Shown: one piece after another, positions 1 to 13,200 of the stretch
Position numbering within the stretch: the first letter of the stretch is position 1
Layout: every line of letters starts with the position of its first letter
NCBI GenBank assembly: GCA_030390025.1
Contig: CM059432.1
Location: 32,924,001 to 32,988,000 of the forward strand
Source of the DNA: Squalus acanthias
Lineage: Eukaryota
DNA length: 64,000 nt
Direction of reading: 5' to 3'
Program-made: the position numbers and the translations under genes
Notes under the pieces: model-generated
What the model saw: only the letters and a program-made list of their open reading frames with translations
Told to the model about the DNA's origin: nothing
Database searches by the model: none

Positions 1-129
1 TCGATAGAAAAAAAACTATGTTGTATTAATATCCATTATGTAGGTGGGTGACACTGTCATAGGATATCTCAAGGGTAAATCCATGTTTTGAAAAGATGTG
101 TTATAGTCAACTGTGCATTGCAGACATTT

Positions 130-892
130 TGACCCCGATCTTGACAGGGTTAGGTTGCGCATGCGGGGTGAGGGGGGTGGGGGAGGTGGAGGAGTTAGGA
201 AACCCGGAAGTTTGTGTTTGCCCACATGCTGTGGAGTTTTGACTCCACAGCGTGTGTAGTATTTTTCTGTAAGATCTCCTCTGGAAGTCAGCCTGACTGA
301 CAGGCTTGACTTACAGTTGGGCGCGGAGCACTCCGGAGCAGGCCGCAGGAGCAGGTAGGGAGCCTGCAGCTGCTACTGGGAGTGTGAGGGGTCTGATCCC
401 CGACCCCAGGGGGGGGCGATCTGACCATGGGGGTCCAATCCCCAACCCGGGTGGGGGGGCGGGGCGGGGTCCGATACCCAACCCCAGGGCGGTAGTCCAA
501 TCCCCGACTTCGGGTGGTTTTTGTATGGGTGGGAGCTTGGGGGGCCGGGGAAAGCACTCCTGCTTTTCCTGGCCCACAAGCAATGCTGTAAATGCACTTA
601 TCTTCTCCCCAAAGCTGTCCTCACCTCCCTTCAGCTGCCAGGTTTCCCCGAGGCCTGCAAAACCCGGCTGGCCAGGGTTAAACCTATAAAGCAGGTTAAA
701 TCTGAGGCTGCCAGCCTCATTAAAATATTTAAACAGCCAACCCGTCTCCTGGGAGCAGGTTGGCTGCCCGGCCCTTGTCCCGCCTCCGTTAAACCCGAAA
801 GTGGGTGAGTTGGGGTTGGGTTTGGGATTTGTAAAGTTTTAACATCTCACCCAACCCCAACCTACCCATTTTTGGGGGTTAAGATTCAGCCC
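130..892. mobile_element. GC-rich non-autonomous DNA transposon (Harbinger-type MITE); left end degenerate
   Basis: Right terminus ttaagattcagccc; internal similarity to 32355-33122 (ctggcccacaagca.tgctgtaaa.gcactta, ggaaacccggaag). Confidence 0.6.
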
Positions 893-1398
893 TATGTTTC
901 CATTCCTGAACACCAGGTGACACGTTGGCAATGCCTCAACTGCAGAGAAAAATCCTACAATCTCGAGTAAATATCCATTTGTGGAAATGTAATTAATTCA
1001 AAATGATTTTGTGTTCAGGGAAAATTTTGATGAGGAAAACCCGGCTCATGCCCCCTACTCCCTACCCCAACTAAGATAGTTCCCTTGACTTTGTTGCTCC
1101 TTGTCCTTATCCACTCCCCTCTCCTCCAATGACCCATTCTCCTTCCCCATTCTATTTCCCCGTTCTGATTCCTCAATCCTCCTCCTCTCTCTCTTCCATT
1201 CTCTCTCCCTTCCCTCTCCCTGCTCGCTCTCCCATCTGCCTCTTCTGTCTCCCCCTTCTTCCCTCCCCCACTTTGGTCTAGTTATCTTCCACTCTCTCAC
1301 CCTGTTTAACCTGAACACTACCTTCCCCCATTGCACACTCAGACCAGATTCCCTGTATGCAACACCATGGAAGATCAGTTAATATTTTAAAAAATAAT

Positions 1399-2774
1399 GG
1401 CCCGTATTTTCCGATGCCTACGGGTGTGTACGAGCTGTGTACTCACCCGTAGGGACCTCAAATGCCGGTTCCAGGCATGCGAAGCGCATGCGCTGAAAAC
1501 CGGCACTTCCGATCTGTCAAGAATCCTCTTGACAGATCGCACGCCTGCCCTGAAGAAGGGCCTCTGCAGGTGGAGAGTTCTGCCTTCTGCAGAACCTTCA
1601 CCCGCTGAAATCCGTTAAAAATCTTATGCCTAGTAAAAGCAGGCTTTTACCAGCATAAGAGTTTAAAAAAGTAAACAAAATAATTTTTTTTCACTCATTT
1701 ATTTAATTTAATGGGGCAGAAATTCGGGTCTCCACGGGTGAGTACGCGCTGTGTACTCACCCGTAGGGCCACCGGAAGTGCCGGTTTCGTGCATGCACTG
1801 CGCATGCACGGGAAACCGGAACTTCCAGTCTCGTGAAAGAAGGGGTTCGAGGGTCAACTGCGTGCGCCGGAGAGGCAGCGCGCACGCAGCGAACTTCGTT
1901 TTTTTTTTCAGGTTTCTCCGTGAGGTTAAGTATGGAGAAGCTGCGCAGGAAAAAAGGAGGCGCAAGGCTTGTTTTTAACAAGGTAAGTGGTGAATTAAGT
2001 AGAATTTAAAAATTTTTCAACAGGTTTATCTTTTTTACATACTTTAAAGAAATATAAGTTTATTTTTAGCACCGTTAAAAAGTGTAATTAATTTTTTCAA
2101 AAATTTAAATTTTTGTTTAATGTAGTTAATTTATGTAATTTATAGTTATTTTAAAAATGTGATGTTTTATTTTATTTATTTGAAGTTTAAGTGAGGTTTT
2201 GGGGCTGATCTCTATTCATAGATTTGACAGGTCTTCCTATCAAAATCTATGAATGGAGATTCCCTGCTCCGATTGGCTCTCCATGGCCCACGTGATCCCA
2301 GGGGACGCTTTGAACTAACTGCGCCCCTGGGATACGCAAGCACTGCGCGCCAGCAGCTGCAGGAGGCCCAGGAGCCGAAGTCCACACGGGCCCGAAGCAC
2401 AACGGCAGGCGCGGTAGGTAAGTACGCGCGCGATCCTTGCACCTGCGGGAAGCCGGAGAGCCGAATTTCTGGCCCAATGTAATTTTAACTCATTTTAAAA
2501 ACGTGATGGTTTTTAAAAAATTTATTTAATGTTTTGATGTCTTTTTTCAGTGATCCCCATTCCCTTCTCCCATTGGCTCGTCTGGCCCACGTGATCCCAG
2601 GGACGTTTGTGAACCGCCTGCGCCCCTGGGATACCTGGGCCTCTGCACCCGTGCACCAGGAGAGGCCCAGGAGCGGAAATGGCCAGACCTCGGAAGCCCT
2701 CAGGTAAGGGCATAGATTTTTTCCCAATAGGAGGCATCCGAACGCAGGAAGCCTCCTATCGGAAATTACGGGCC
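1399..2774. mobile_element. MITE with TIR ggcccgta(t/a)tttccgat and 3-bp TSD aat
   Basis: TIRs and the aat duplication are directly visible; similar to 27783-28495. Confidence 0.85.
1713..2475. mobile_element. Related MITE nested inside the 1399-2774 element
   Basis: TIR ggg(g/c)cagaaattcgg; TSD aat at 1710-1712 and 2476-2478. Confidence 0.85.
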
Positions 2775-4105
2775 AATTAGTTAGACAATAGGGAGCAGAT
2801 AAATGAATTCTGCAATTCCCTGAAAATATCCCTTTAAAGTGAAACAGTTGTCATTGCTGGATGCAACATTTGCTTATAAGTAAAAGCTGTTTATGTTGAC
2901 ACTACATAACTCATTAGAGGTCATGCTTGGAATATTCTGCAGTTGTGGGCACCATACCTTTAAAAGATTGTACGAAAGGCTGATATTTAAAGATATTTAG
3001 TAGACGAGAATCATATATGTATAACTTCAAGTGTAGCCGTTGACCAAATAATATTGCCCATAATTACTCCTGGGTAACTACAAAGCTAAGACTTGTTCAA
3101 AATGTAACTGCACAGTCAAAAGCAGTTTGACTAAGTTTTGATAACAAACAGCCACAGACTGCGAGTGAAGGTTAAATTGCTAAAAAAACCATATTATAAT
3201 GCTGTATAGAACTTAGAATTCGCTTACTAAAACTAATTGCAATGATATTTAAAAAATAATTAGTATAAGGACATAAAATGAGAGAGATCATGGAGATATG
3301 GTATTTATCTGGTAGATTAAAGTGAGATAGTTTGGATCCCTCAAGACTAGTGAAACAGCGCTGATATGGGCCCTTGGTATAAAGTCCTTGTACTAGGGAG
3401 GCTATGAAATGAAAGAGATATGGTAAATTCCAATGGGGGTGAAAAACTATAAACAAGATAACACTGAACATGGCAAAGTTGGTGGAAAAATACTGGAAAG
3501 GCGGGATGCTACCTTAGTCTGAGTGACAATGGTATTTTGACCATTAGAACCAATTATAAAAGGTGATTTTGTTAAAGACCATATATGGACACTGGCCAAA
3601 CGAACTGTTGTTAAGAAAAGGGTTAAAACCTCGATACTCAAAGATTAACTTCACACAGACGTACTGTGAGAACAAAGGAACAGGCTTAAGACAACGTCAT
3701 CTGTGTCCAAGAGGTTTCAGAGACCAAGGGTTGTGAGCTATTCGTTAAAACTATCGCCTAATATGAAGTATATTACGCTGTAAGCTTAATAAATCTTGAT
3801 CTATTGCTCAAACATACTGGCTGCTGCCTATTGGTGTCTTGTCCAAGAACTCAGAGATCATTAAGATCTTACAAGGTTATTGATTCATTGGACAGAGTTC
3901 AGACAAAGGTGAAAGTTGATTCTAGGGCCAACACCGTATTACCAATGTTCTCCCCATCTCTTTTGAAGGTGGGATCTTCTGTTGGGGTAAAGCCTTCAGG
4001 TCCCGCACACATTCTTTGTGTGTGTGACCCTGGACAATGAGTGCAGGCAGGATATTTGACTATGAGCGCCTTCACAGTCTCACTACAAAAGAGGGCAATT
4101 CGTAC

Positions 4106-4277
4106 CTTCAAATCCCGATGAATGTAGTTTTGACTGTGAATGTAAGCCAAGCCATCACTGATCTGATAAACTATTTGAAGTCGATTCTTCTTCAGTTCAT
4201 CTACGTCAACATTTTGTAACCACGTCTTCAGTGTCTGCTTGCACAACTCCATTTGAATGCAGAGGTATTTAACCGCC
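4106..4277 (-). CDS. Kinase exon, subdomains V-VIb (YLCIQMELC...HRDLK)
   Basis: Acceptor cttttcatcag, donor gtacg, 172 nt; ends at HRDLK in phase 0. Confidence 0.92.
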
Positions 4278-7200
4278 CTGATGAAAAGAGTGCAAAATAG
4301 GATTTTAATTGTAGAATCATAGAATCTTACACCACAGAAGGAGTTCATTCGGCCCATCGTACATATGCGGCTCTTTGAAAGAGCTATCCAATTAGTCCCA
4401 CTCCCTGCACTTGCTCCAAATGTCTGCCCATGAAGCCATTCTCTATCCTTGATAAAACTGGTTTGAGTGTGCATTGGGGCTTTCTAATTAGGGCATATAT
4501 ATTTTGCAGATCTCCCAAAAATCAGTAATTTGGATTCAAATTGCCTTAAGGACCAGGTATACTTTTCTGGTGAACTCATCCTTGTTTGGCATATAAAAAT
4601 CTGTCAACATTGTCAACTTGCCAGCGTTCCCACCTCTGAGTCAGAGGGTTGTGAGTTATAGGAGCGTAGGAACAGGAGCGTAGGAACAGGAGCGTAGGAA
4701 CAGGAGCGTAGGAACAGGAGCAGGCCACTGTGGAAGTGCAGTTTACTTTTAAGACACAAATAAAATGGCTTCTCTAAGAAAAGAATTTAAAAAGGGAATT
4801 CAAAATGGCCGACAGTAGGAGTCACCATAATAAGTAAATCATTCTAATTAGCTACAAGGAGGTGACAACTCAAAATTCCTTATCTAAGAAAAGCTTAGCA
4901 AAATAAGGCATCAATTAGTTCTAACCAGCTCAGGATGAGATAAGGTAAGCCATCAACCCACAGATTAGAGAATGAACATTGAACAAACGGATCCCACAAG
5001 GAAGGTCTGGTTATCTGATCTTTAAGGAATTTCTGCTCGTTATTATAACGAAAACCTATGCAATAACTCACAAGTTTGTGCCTCATTAATAGGATGTTTA
5101 ATGCTATGTCATATGGCCTGTTCTGTGTTCTTTTTTGTATAAAGTATGTTCAAATCTTGTAAGATTCGAAGCATTCTGACATAGCAACTTGACTGTGTCA
5201 GAACCTTCCCTTGTAACAAGTAAACTTTATTAAAAAGCCTTCTTTGACACGATTCTTTGTTTAAATTAGTTCTACTCGGCATGTAAAACTTCCACACCAC
5301 TCAGCCCTTTGAGCCTGTCCTGCCATTCTATTAGATCATGGCTGAGCTGTACCTTAACTCTTTGATCCATATCTCTTGATACCCTTACCCAACAAAATCT
5401 ATCGATCTCAGTCTTGAGAGCTTCAATTAATCCATCATCCACAAATATTAAATGCTAAATTAAATTGTTGAGAATCCCTATCATTTTATACAATAGCAAA
5501 ATACTGCGGATACTGGAAATCTGAAACAACAACAGAAAATGCTGGAAACACTCAGCAGGTGGAGAGAGAAACAGAGTTAACGTTTCAGGTCAATGACCCT
5601 TCGTCAGAACTGGAAAAAATTGGAGAAGTAACAGATTTTTAAGCATGTGTGTGTGGGGCAGGGAAAGGGAGGAGGGGAGGAAAGAACAAAAGGGAAGGTC
5701 TGTGATAGGATGGAAGGCAGGAGAGATTGAAAGACAAAAGGGATGATGGTGCAAGGCAAAAGGAGATGGTAATCAGACTAGTAGAACTAGAAAATTTCAT
5801 TCACTTTGCTTCCAATTTCCACCCTTTCCTCACCTTCACATGGTCCATCTCCGACTCTTCTCTTCCCTTCCTCGACTTCTCTGTCTCCATTTCTGGGGAT
5901 AGGCTATCGACAAACATCCACTATAAGCCCACTGACTCCCACAGCTACCTGGATTACACTTCCTCCCACCCCGCTTCCTGTAAGGACCCTATTCCATTCT
6001 CCCAGTTTCTCCGTCTCCACTGCATCTGTTCTGACGATGCCACCTTCCATACTTGTGCTTCCGATATGTCTTCCTTTTTCCTCAACCGAGGATTCCCCTC
6101 TACTGTGGTTGACATGGCCCTCGACTGTTTCCGTTCCATTTCCCGCACTTCTGCTCTCACCCCTTCTCCTCCCTCCCAGAACCACGATAGGGTTCCCCTT
6201 GTCCTCACCTTTCACTCCACCAGCCTCCACATTCAACGGATCATCCTCCGCCATTTCCGCCACCTCCAGCGTGATCCCACCACCAAACACATCTTCCCCT
6301 CCCCCCCCCTTTCAGCATTCCGAAGGGACTGTTCCCTCCACGACACCCTGGTCCACTCTTCAATCACCCCCAACTCCCCCTCCCGTTCCCGGGGTACCTT
6401 CCCATGCAAGCGCAGGAGATGCAACACCTGCCCTTTTATTTCCTCCCTTCCCACTGTCCAGGGCCCCAAACACTCCTTTCAGGTGAAACAGCGATTTACT
6501 TGTACTTCTTGCGGTCTCCTCTACATTGGGGAGACCAAACGCAGATTTGGTGACCGCTTTGCGGAACAACTCCGTTCAGTCTGTAAGCGTGACCCCGAGC
6601 TTCCAGTCGCCTGTCACTTTAATTCTCTGCTCCACTCCCACTCCACTCCCACTCTGATCTCTTCGTTCTCTGCCTCTGACACTGTTCCAACAAAGCTCAA
6701 CGTAAGCTCGAGGAACAGCACCTCATCTTTCGAGTAGGCACTTTACAGCCTTCTGGACTCAACATCGAGTTCAACAATTTCAGACCATAACCTCGGCCCC
6801 TATGTTTTCTTTTCTCTCTCACATGGCAGCTGTTGATGATTCTGCCATTGCCAGTTTCACTTCATCTAGAGTCATCTTTAGCTTCTTAACTTGTCCCATT
6901 TCCATCTCCTTTTGCCTTGCACCATCATGCCTTTTGTCTTTTAACATTGTTTCCCACATTACAACAGTGACTACACTTCAGAAGTACTTCATTGGCTGTA
7001 AAGCGCTTTGAGACGTCCAGTGGTCGTGAAAGGTGCGATATAAATGCAAGTCTTTCTTTCTTTAATCTCTCCTGCCTTCCATCCTATCACAGACCTTCCC
7101 TTTGTTCTTTCCTCCCCTCCCCCCTTTCCCTGCCCCACACACTTGCTTAAAAATCTGTTGCTTCTCCAACTTTTTTCAGTTCTGACGAAGGGTCATCGAC

Positions 7201-10200
7201 CTGAAACGTTAACTCTGTTTCGCTCTCCACGATGCTGCCTGACCTGCTGAGTGTTTCCAGCATTTTCTGTTGTCCTATCATTTTATAGCCTTGGGAGCAG
7301 CAGGAAACTGACGAGCATGTGGGAAAACAGTCGACCAGTGAGCATCTCCCTGAGCTAGTGGATTGGTCCATACTCAGTGCCACTGAAGCTCAGCAGATCA
7401 GAGGAAGGCGCTGCCAGGACCATTAGGTGTTTTAAATGTGACAGGGTGGGTCACAAGTCAACTAACTGCTGGCCTGTAAAAGGGTTCACAGCGAATTTGG
7501 GGGAAAAAACAATGTGGTTGTGAGATTTGAGACTGCTGGTTGCAGGCTTGGAAAATAAAAATGGCTTTTTTTCTTACACCTGGTGATGAAATGATCCTAA
7601 TGGGATCAATTAATGAAAGAAAGAACGAGTGCCTTTCACATCCTCAAAGTGTCCCAAGGGATTAATTTTAAAGTGCATTCTCTGTTGTTATGTAGGCAAA
7701 CACAGCAACCAATTTGCATGCAGTAAGGTCACAGAAGCAACAAATGAAGGAATAATCAAATAATCTACTTTTGGTGAAATTGGTTGAAGGAGAAACATTG
7801 GCCAGGATACCTGGAAAACTGCCTGTGATATTATATGCACCCAAGCAAGCAGATGGGCCCTCAGTTTAATGTATAATCTAAAAGGCAGCACCTCTGACAA
7901 TGAAGCATTCCTTCAGTGCTGTACTTAAGTGTCAGCCAAGTTACAGGTTCAAGTCTTCTGTGGGGCTTGAACAGATGACCTTCTGACTCAAAGGCAGAAG
8001 TGCTACCAACTGAGCAAAACTGTCATCTAAATGAATGGATGGAACAATGGGGCAGCATGCTTGCAATGTTCTGATATGTGCTGCTGGTGGGCAAGTTAGT
8101 TCGGGACTCTTGTAGCTAATGGCACATGAGGCAACCCTCACAACCCCCTACCAGGAGGGTCTGTGGACTGCCTTTAGTCTAGCTTCTACCTTTTGACCTG
8201 TCTAGCTTGGTTGGGCCTACCAGGAGTAATACTCTCGCCAGCATAGCTCTCAGGATCATAGGAGCATGCAAGCCTTCCCACAACCTCAAGGGAAGGGCTG
8301 GTGGCAACATGAATTAGGGAAATTACCTCCAGCATTCCTGTGGTTCACATGCTGCTTGATTGGAATGGGTAATAAGAGCTAAATAGCAAGGCACAGGTTG
8401 GTCAGAATCACAAAGATATGAACAGACAAGGGAAGCCATTCAAGACATCTTTAAAAAAATATAATTCTTGGGATGTGTGCATCGGCATTTATTGCCCATC
8501 TCAAGTTGCCCTGAGAACGTGGTGGTACAACTGAGGAGTGGCTTACTAGGACACTTCAGAGGGCAGTTAAGAGTCAACCACGTTGGTGTGGGACTGGAGT
8601 CACATATAGGCCAGACCGGGTAAGTACCTCATGCTTCCACAGAAACTTGCAATCTCCCTGTGACAGCATCTGCCTTTTGAACGGCATCTTTTGCCTCCAC
8701 TACCCTACCCAGAAGACCATTCCAGGTCTTTGTCACTCTTAAGGACAGAACAGAGATGTTTAGCATCTACCTTGCATTTGCTGTTTTCATTGTCGAGTCT
8801 GCACCCTGAGCAGTGAATATTGTTTCATTGATGAATGGAGAGGTATGTAAATCAATCCTGATTTTTCTTATGATCACTTCTATATTAGAATAAATCCAAT
8901 AGCTAAATGTTTTTTGCACTCAACCTACCGTGATGAAGATGTGTCGATCCAGGAACTGTAGTAACGGATGATATTTTGATGAGAAAATCTTGCAAGTGTT
9001 CTGGCTTCTTTTATTATTGTCTGTGCATCCACATCCCTAAGAACATAAGAGCACGGAATGAGAAAGAGCCAGTCAGCCTATCAATTCTATTCCTTCCACA
9101 GAACACATCCACTGCATTCAATCACAGAATATACTAACAAATCTCCAGAGGGAACGTTCCGAAAAGTTTTAATTTGCTGTTCTCTCTCCCCAAGAGTAAA
9201 TCCACCAAAACTCTAGTTCTATCTAACTTTAAACCTTGCATTATACATCCTTGATCAGTCGCCTTCCTTGGCGAGACATTTTCATAGTCCCAACAGCTCA
9301 GACACCGTCATCATCTACCAGTACAGTGTTGTAGTCCTATCATTGACCCGCGCTGTCGGTGAGTGTGGTTGCCTGCTGGGAGCGCAGGATCGTGGAATCA
9401 GGCTGTGCCTTCAGCCGCCTAGGCGCTAAGCTTTGGAATTTCCTTCCTAAACCTCTCTGCCTCTACACCTCTCTTTCCTTCTTTAACACTCTCCTTAAAA
9501 CCCAATTCTTTGACCAACCTTTTGGTCACCTGTCCTAACATCTCCTTATGTGGTTCCTTGTCAATTTTTGTCTGATTGCAATCCTGTAAAGCGCTTGGGA
9601 TATTTTACTATGTTAAAGGCATTATATAATTGCAAGCTGTTATTTATCTACGGCTAATCATCTCTGTCAAGCCCAACATCTGACACATATACATTGCAGC
9701 AGGGTTACTGAAAGTAATCAAAACTGCGGAATATATTATTTTGTTTCATCTTTACTTCATCCTACATTTTTCAAACTTCTGCTCCCAAGCTTAGAGTCAC
9801 CTAATCACCTCTTTCACTCTTTTCAACCTTGGTGGTATTCTACACTATCAACCTTGGTCCTTATCCTTGGCTTCGGAACAAATAAAACAGGAATCCTGGC
9901 AGATTTTTCCCTCCCCACCCTGGTGGCACTGAGGTCTATTTTGGCAACTTCTCCATTGTTTCCAATTGAGGTCAACTAGGGTGGATTTACACAACAAGTT
10001 TAGCATTGGTGTGGGGCAGTCTTGAGCTCACTACTAAATGGGATTGTGAACTTATCAACTGAGTCCCACACTGAGAAAGGTAGCCACTCATTTTTGTGTG
10101 GGAGAGAGACATTGATTTGGGGATAGGAAGCAGAAATAAAGAACTTGCATTTATATAGGGCTTTTTACGACCTCAGGATGTCCCAAGGCGCTTTACAGCG

Positions 10201-13200
10201 AATGAAGTACTTTTAAACTGTAGTCACTGTTGTAATGTAGGAAACGCAGCAGCCAATTTGTGCAGAGCAAGCTCCCACAAACAGCAATGAGATAATGATC
10301 AGAAGCTTAATCTGTATTAGAGATGTTGGTTGAGGGATAAATATTGTTCAAGACACAAGAAAACTCATCTGCTCTTCTTCAAAATAGTGCCATGGGATCA
10401 TTTATGTCTTTCTTAGAGGGCAGACAGGGCCTCGGTTTAACATCTCATCTGAAAGATGGCAGCTCTGACACTGCAGCACTCTCTCAGAACTGCAATGAAA
10501 TATCAGTCTAGATTTTGTACTCAAGTCTGTGGAAGTGGGACTTGAACCCACAACCTTCTGACTAAGAGGCGAGAGCGCTACCACTGACCCAAGGCTGGCA
10601 CCTTAAGAAATAAGCACACCAATAAAGTTACAAAGCAGTGTGGATGAAGCTTGACCAGATCTGCAATGACTACCACTGATGATGGGTAAAAATAAAAGTG
10701 GAAAAATGATGGCATTCTGCAATCTTAACATCCTTCAATTTTTGTTATTCATCCTCGGGATGTGGGCGTCGCTGGCAAGGCCGGCATTTATTGCCCCTCC
10801 CTAGTTGCCCTTGAGAAGGTGTTGGTGAGCATTCTTGTTGAACCGCTGCAGTCCGTGTGGTGAATGCGTTCCCACAGTGCTGTTAGGGAGGGAGTTCCAG
10901 GATTTTGACCCCTGGGGACGGTTTGATTAGGGTGGACAGCTGCCCAGCTTCAAATGGAACTGTCCAATTTTTCGGGGCGGCTGCCTTTGTAATTTTGATA
11001 ATAGAAACTCAGACGACGAGAGTCCTGTTATCGGTAGATAGTATGTTTAGAAAAAGAAACTTTGTGAGCGCACACAGGAGCGGACATGTTTGTCAGTCGC
11101 ACGAGCACAAGCGGCCCATTTCACGTTACTCGTGTGTGCGCACGTCTGCACTAGATACGGTGACAACAAAAATTCACAAGGATAGAATAACATATTTTTT
11201 CCCAAGCAGAATAAGTACACTTACTCAGTTAATTCCACACATTTGATAGCATACACGCTGTTGTCGATTTTGTGTCTTACTTCGTAAACTGAACCAAAGG
11301 ATCCCTTTCCAATACTTTGTAGCTCATCAAAGGATTTCCTGTAACTGTAAATTCAGGTTTCATACACGGCTGGTCAGAATAAATAAACTGAGAGAAAAAA
11401 AAAATTACTAAATGAATAGTGGAATGAAAACAGTAAATACTGGAAAGCACTCAGCAGGTCAGGCAGCATCTGCGGAGAGAGAAACAGAATTAACGGCCCT
11501 GATAATAACTCGCAGGGGAGACGAGAACTAGGGGCCATAAAGAAAAGATAGTCACTAATAAATCCAATCGGGAATGCAGGAGAAACTTCTTTACCCAGAG
11601 AGTGGTTAGAATGCGGAACTCGCTACCACAAGGAGTCGTTGAAATGAAAAGCATAGATGTATTGGTGTCTAAATACAGAAATCTTTAAAGCTGATAGGGC
11701 AAGTTGATAAGGTGGTTAAAAAAGCATTGTTACTTGGGTTTATAAATAGAGGAATAGAATATAAAACCAGAGAGATCATGCTAGAACTTTATAAATCACT
11801 GGTTAGGCCTCAGCTGGAGTATTGTGGACAATTCTGGGCACCACACTTCAGAAAAGATGTAAAGGGTGCAGAGGATTTTTACCAGGATGTTACCAGGAAT
11901 GAGGGACTTCAGTTATGAGGAGAGGTTGGAAAAGTTAGGACTGTTCTCCTTGGAACAGAGAAGGTTAAGAGATGACCTAATACAGATTTTCAAGATGATG
12001 AGGTTTAGATAGAGAAAAACTATTTCCTCTGGCGAGTGGGTCAATAACCAGAGGTCATAGATTTAAAATCATTGGCAAAAGATCTAAGAGGGAGATGAAG
12101 AGAAATTTTTACACTGAGAAGTTGTCGGGATCTGGAATGCTCTACCTGAAAAGGTGGTGGAAGCTGATTCCATAAATAATTTTAAAAGGGTGTTGGACAG
12201 GTGCTTGAGGATGAGGAACTTACAGACAAAAAGCGGGGGTGTGGGACTAAGCATGACTGCTCTTTCAAAAAGCCAGCTCAGGCACGACGGGCCGAATGGC
12301 CTCCTTTTGTGCTGTAACTTTCTATGATTCTATGCATTCAAGAGGAAGCTAGATAAGCACATGAAGGAGAAAGGAATAGAAGAATATGTTGATGGGATTA
12401 GATGAAGAGTGGTGGGAGGAGGCATGGACCTGGTGGGCTGAATAGCCTGTTTCTGTGCTGTAACTACTTTGTAACTCCGAGACGTGTAAGGAGCTGGGGG
12501 CAGGGGTCTGAAATTGTGTGGGAAACCCGGAAGAACTTTCAGCGCGTCTGTCTGTGGCATTTTAACTCTGCCACCTAATTAGAATATTACTTTCTGGGTT
12601 TGGCGTCGAATACGTGTCAGCGAGCGTGGTACGGACCTGCATGTCGCAATTGCAGAATTGTGAAAAAGCTCCCAACTCCTCTAAATTCCATCTTTGATTT
12701 GCCCTTTAAATACTTGAGTTGAGATCGCGTCATGCAGGTCCGTACCACGCTTGCTGAAGATGGACTCAGGATGCTCAAAGGCCACACTTTAACAAGGCCT
12801 CCCTTGATGTACTGTTGGGTGCATTGAGGAGTCAGAGAGAGATACTCTTCTCCAGCAATGGGAGGAAGAAACCTGCTGCTGCCGTAAAGAAGGCGTGACC
12901 GGATGTGGCTGAGGAGGATAGCATCAAGAGCATTGTGCCACGCTCCTGGCTTCAGTGCAGGAAGCGCTTTAATGACCTAACCAGGTCAGGAAAGGTAAGT
13001 ACAGCTTCACATTCACCTACATCCAGTTGTGCGCATTACCCCAGCCCTCGCCTCACTCAAGCCTACTACATCACATTACTCCTCACAACCACTTACCTTG
13101 CAATCATTCTCTTTCTATGCAATTACTCACATCCTCATCTATCCACCCACCACTGTCACTCACCCTGGTCCTTATGCAATTTGATGCCTCTCCCTGATAG

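Noticed and set aside
3030..3905. LTR-like segment with AATAAA and a CA end
   Set aside because: No matching TSD or clear 5' terminus could be fixed
3944..4030. AG/GT-bounded open frame (GHTHKECVRDLK...) 75 nt after the HRDLK exon
   Set aside because: It would break the HRDLKPxN catalytic loop and lacks DFG. A pyrimidine tract at positions 1-16 (minus strand) suggests the true next exon starts just left of the window.
4563..4600. Possible kinase-insert mini-exon
   Set aside because: Gives a stop codon in the phase required by the 8929 donor; weak donor
10530..10600. tRNA-like sequences (also at 39680 and 46140)
   Set aside because: They are SINE heads continuing into the SINE body, not tRNA genes
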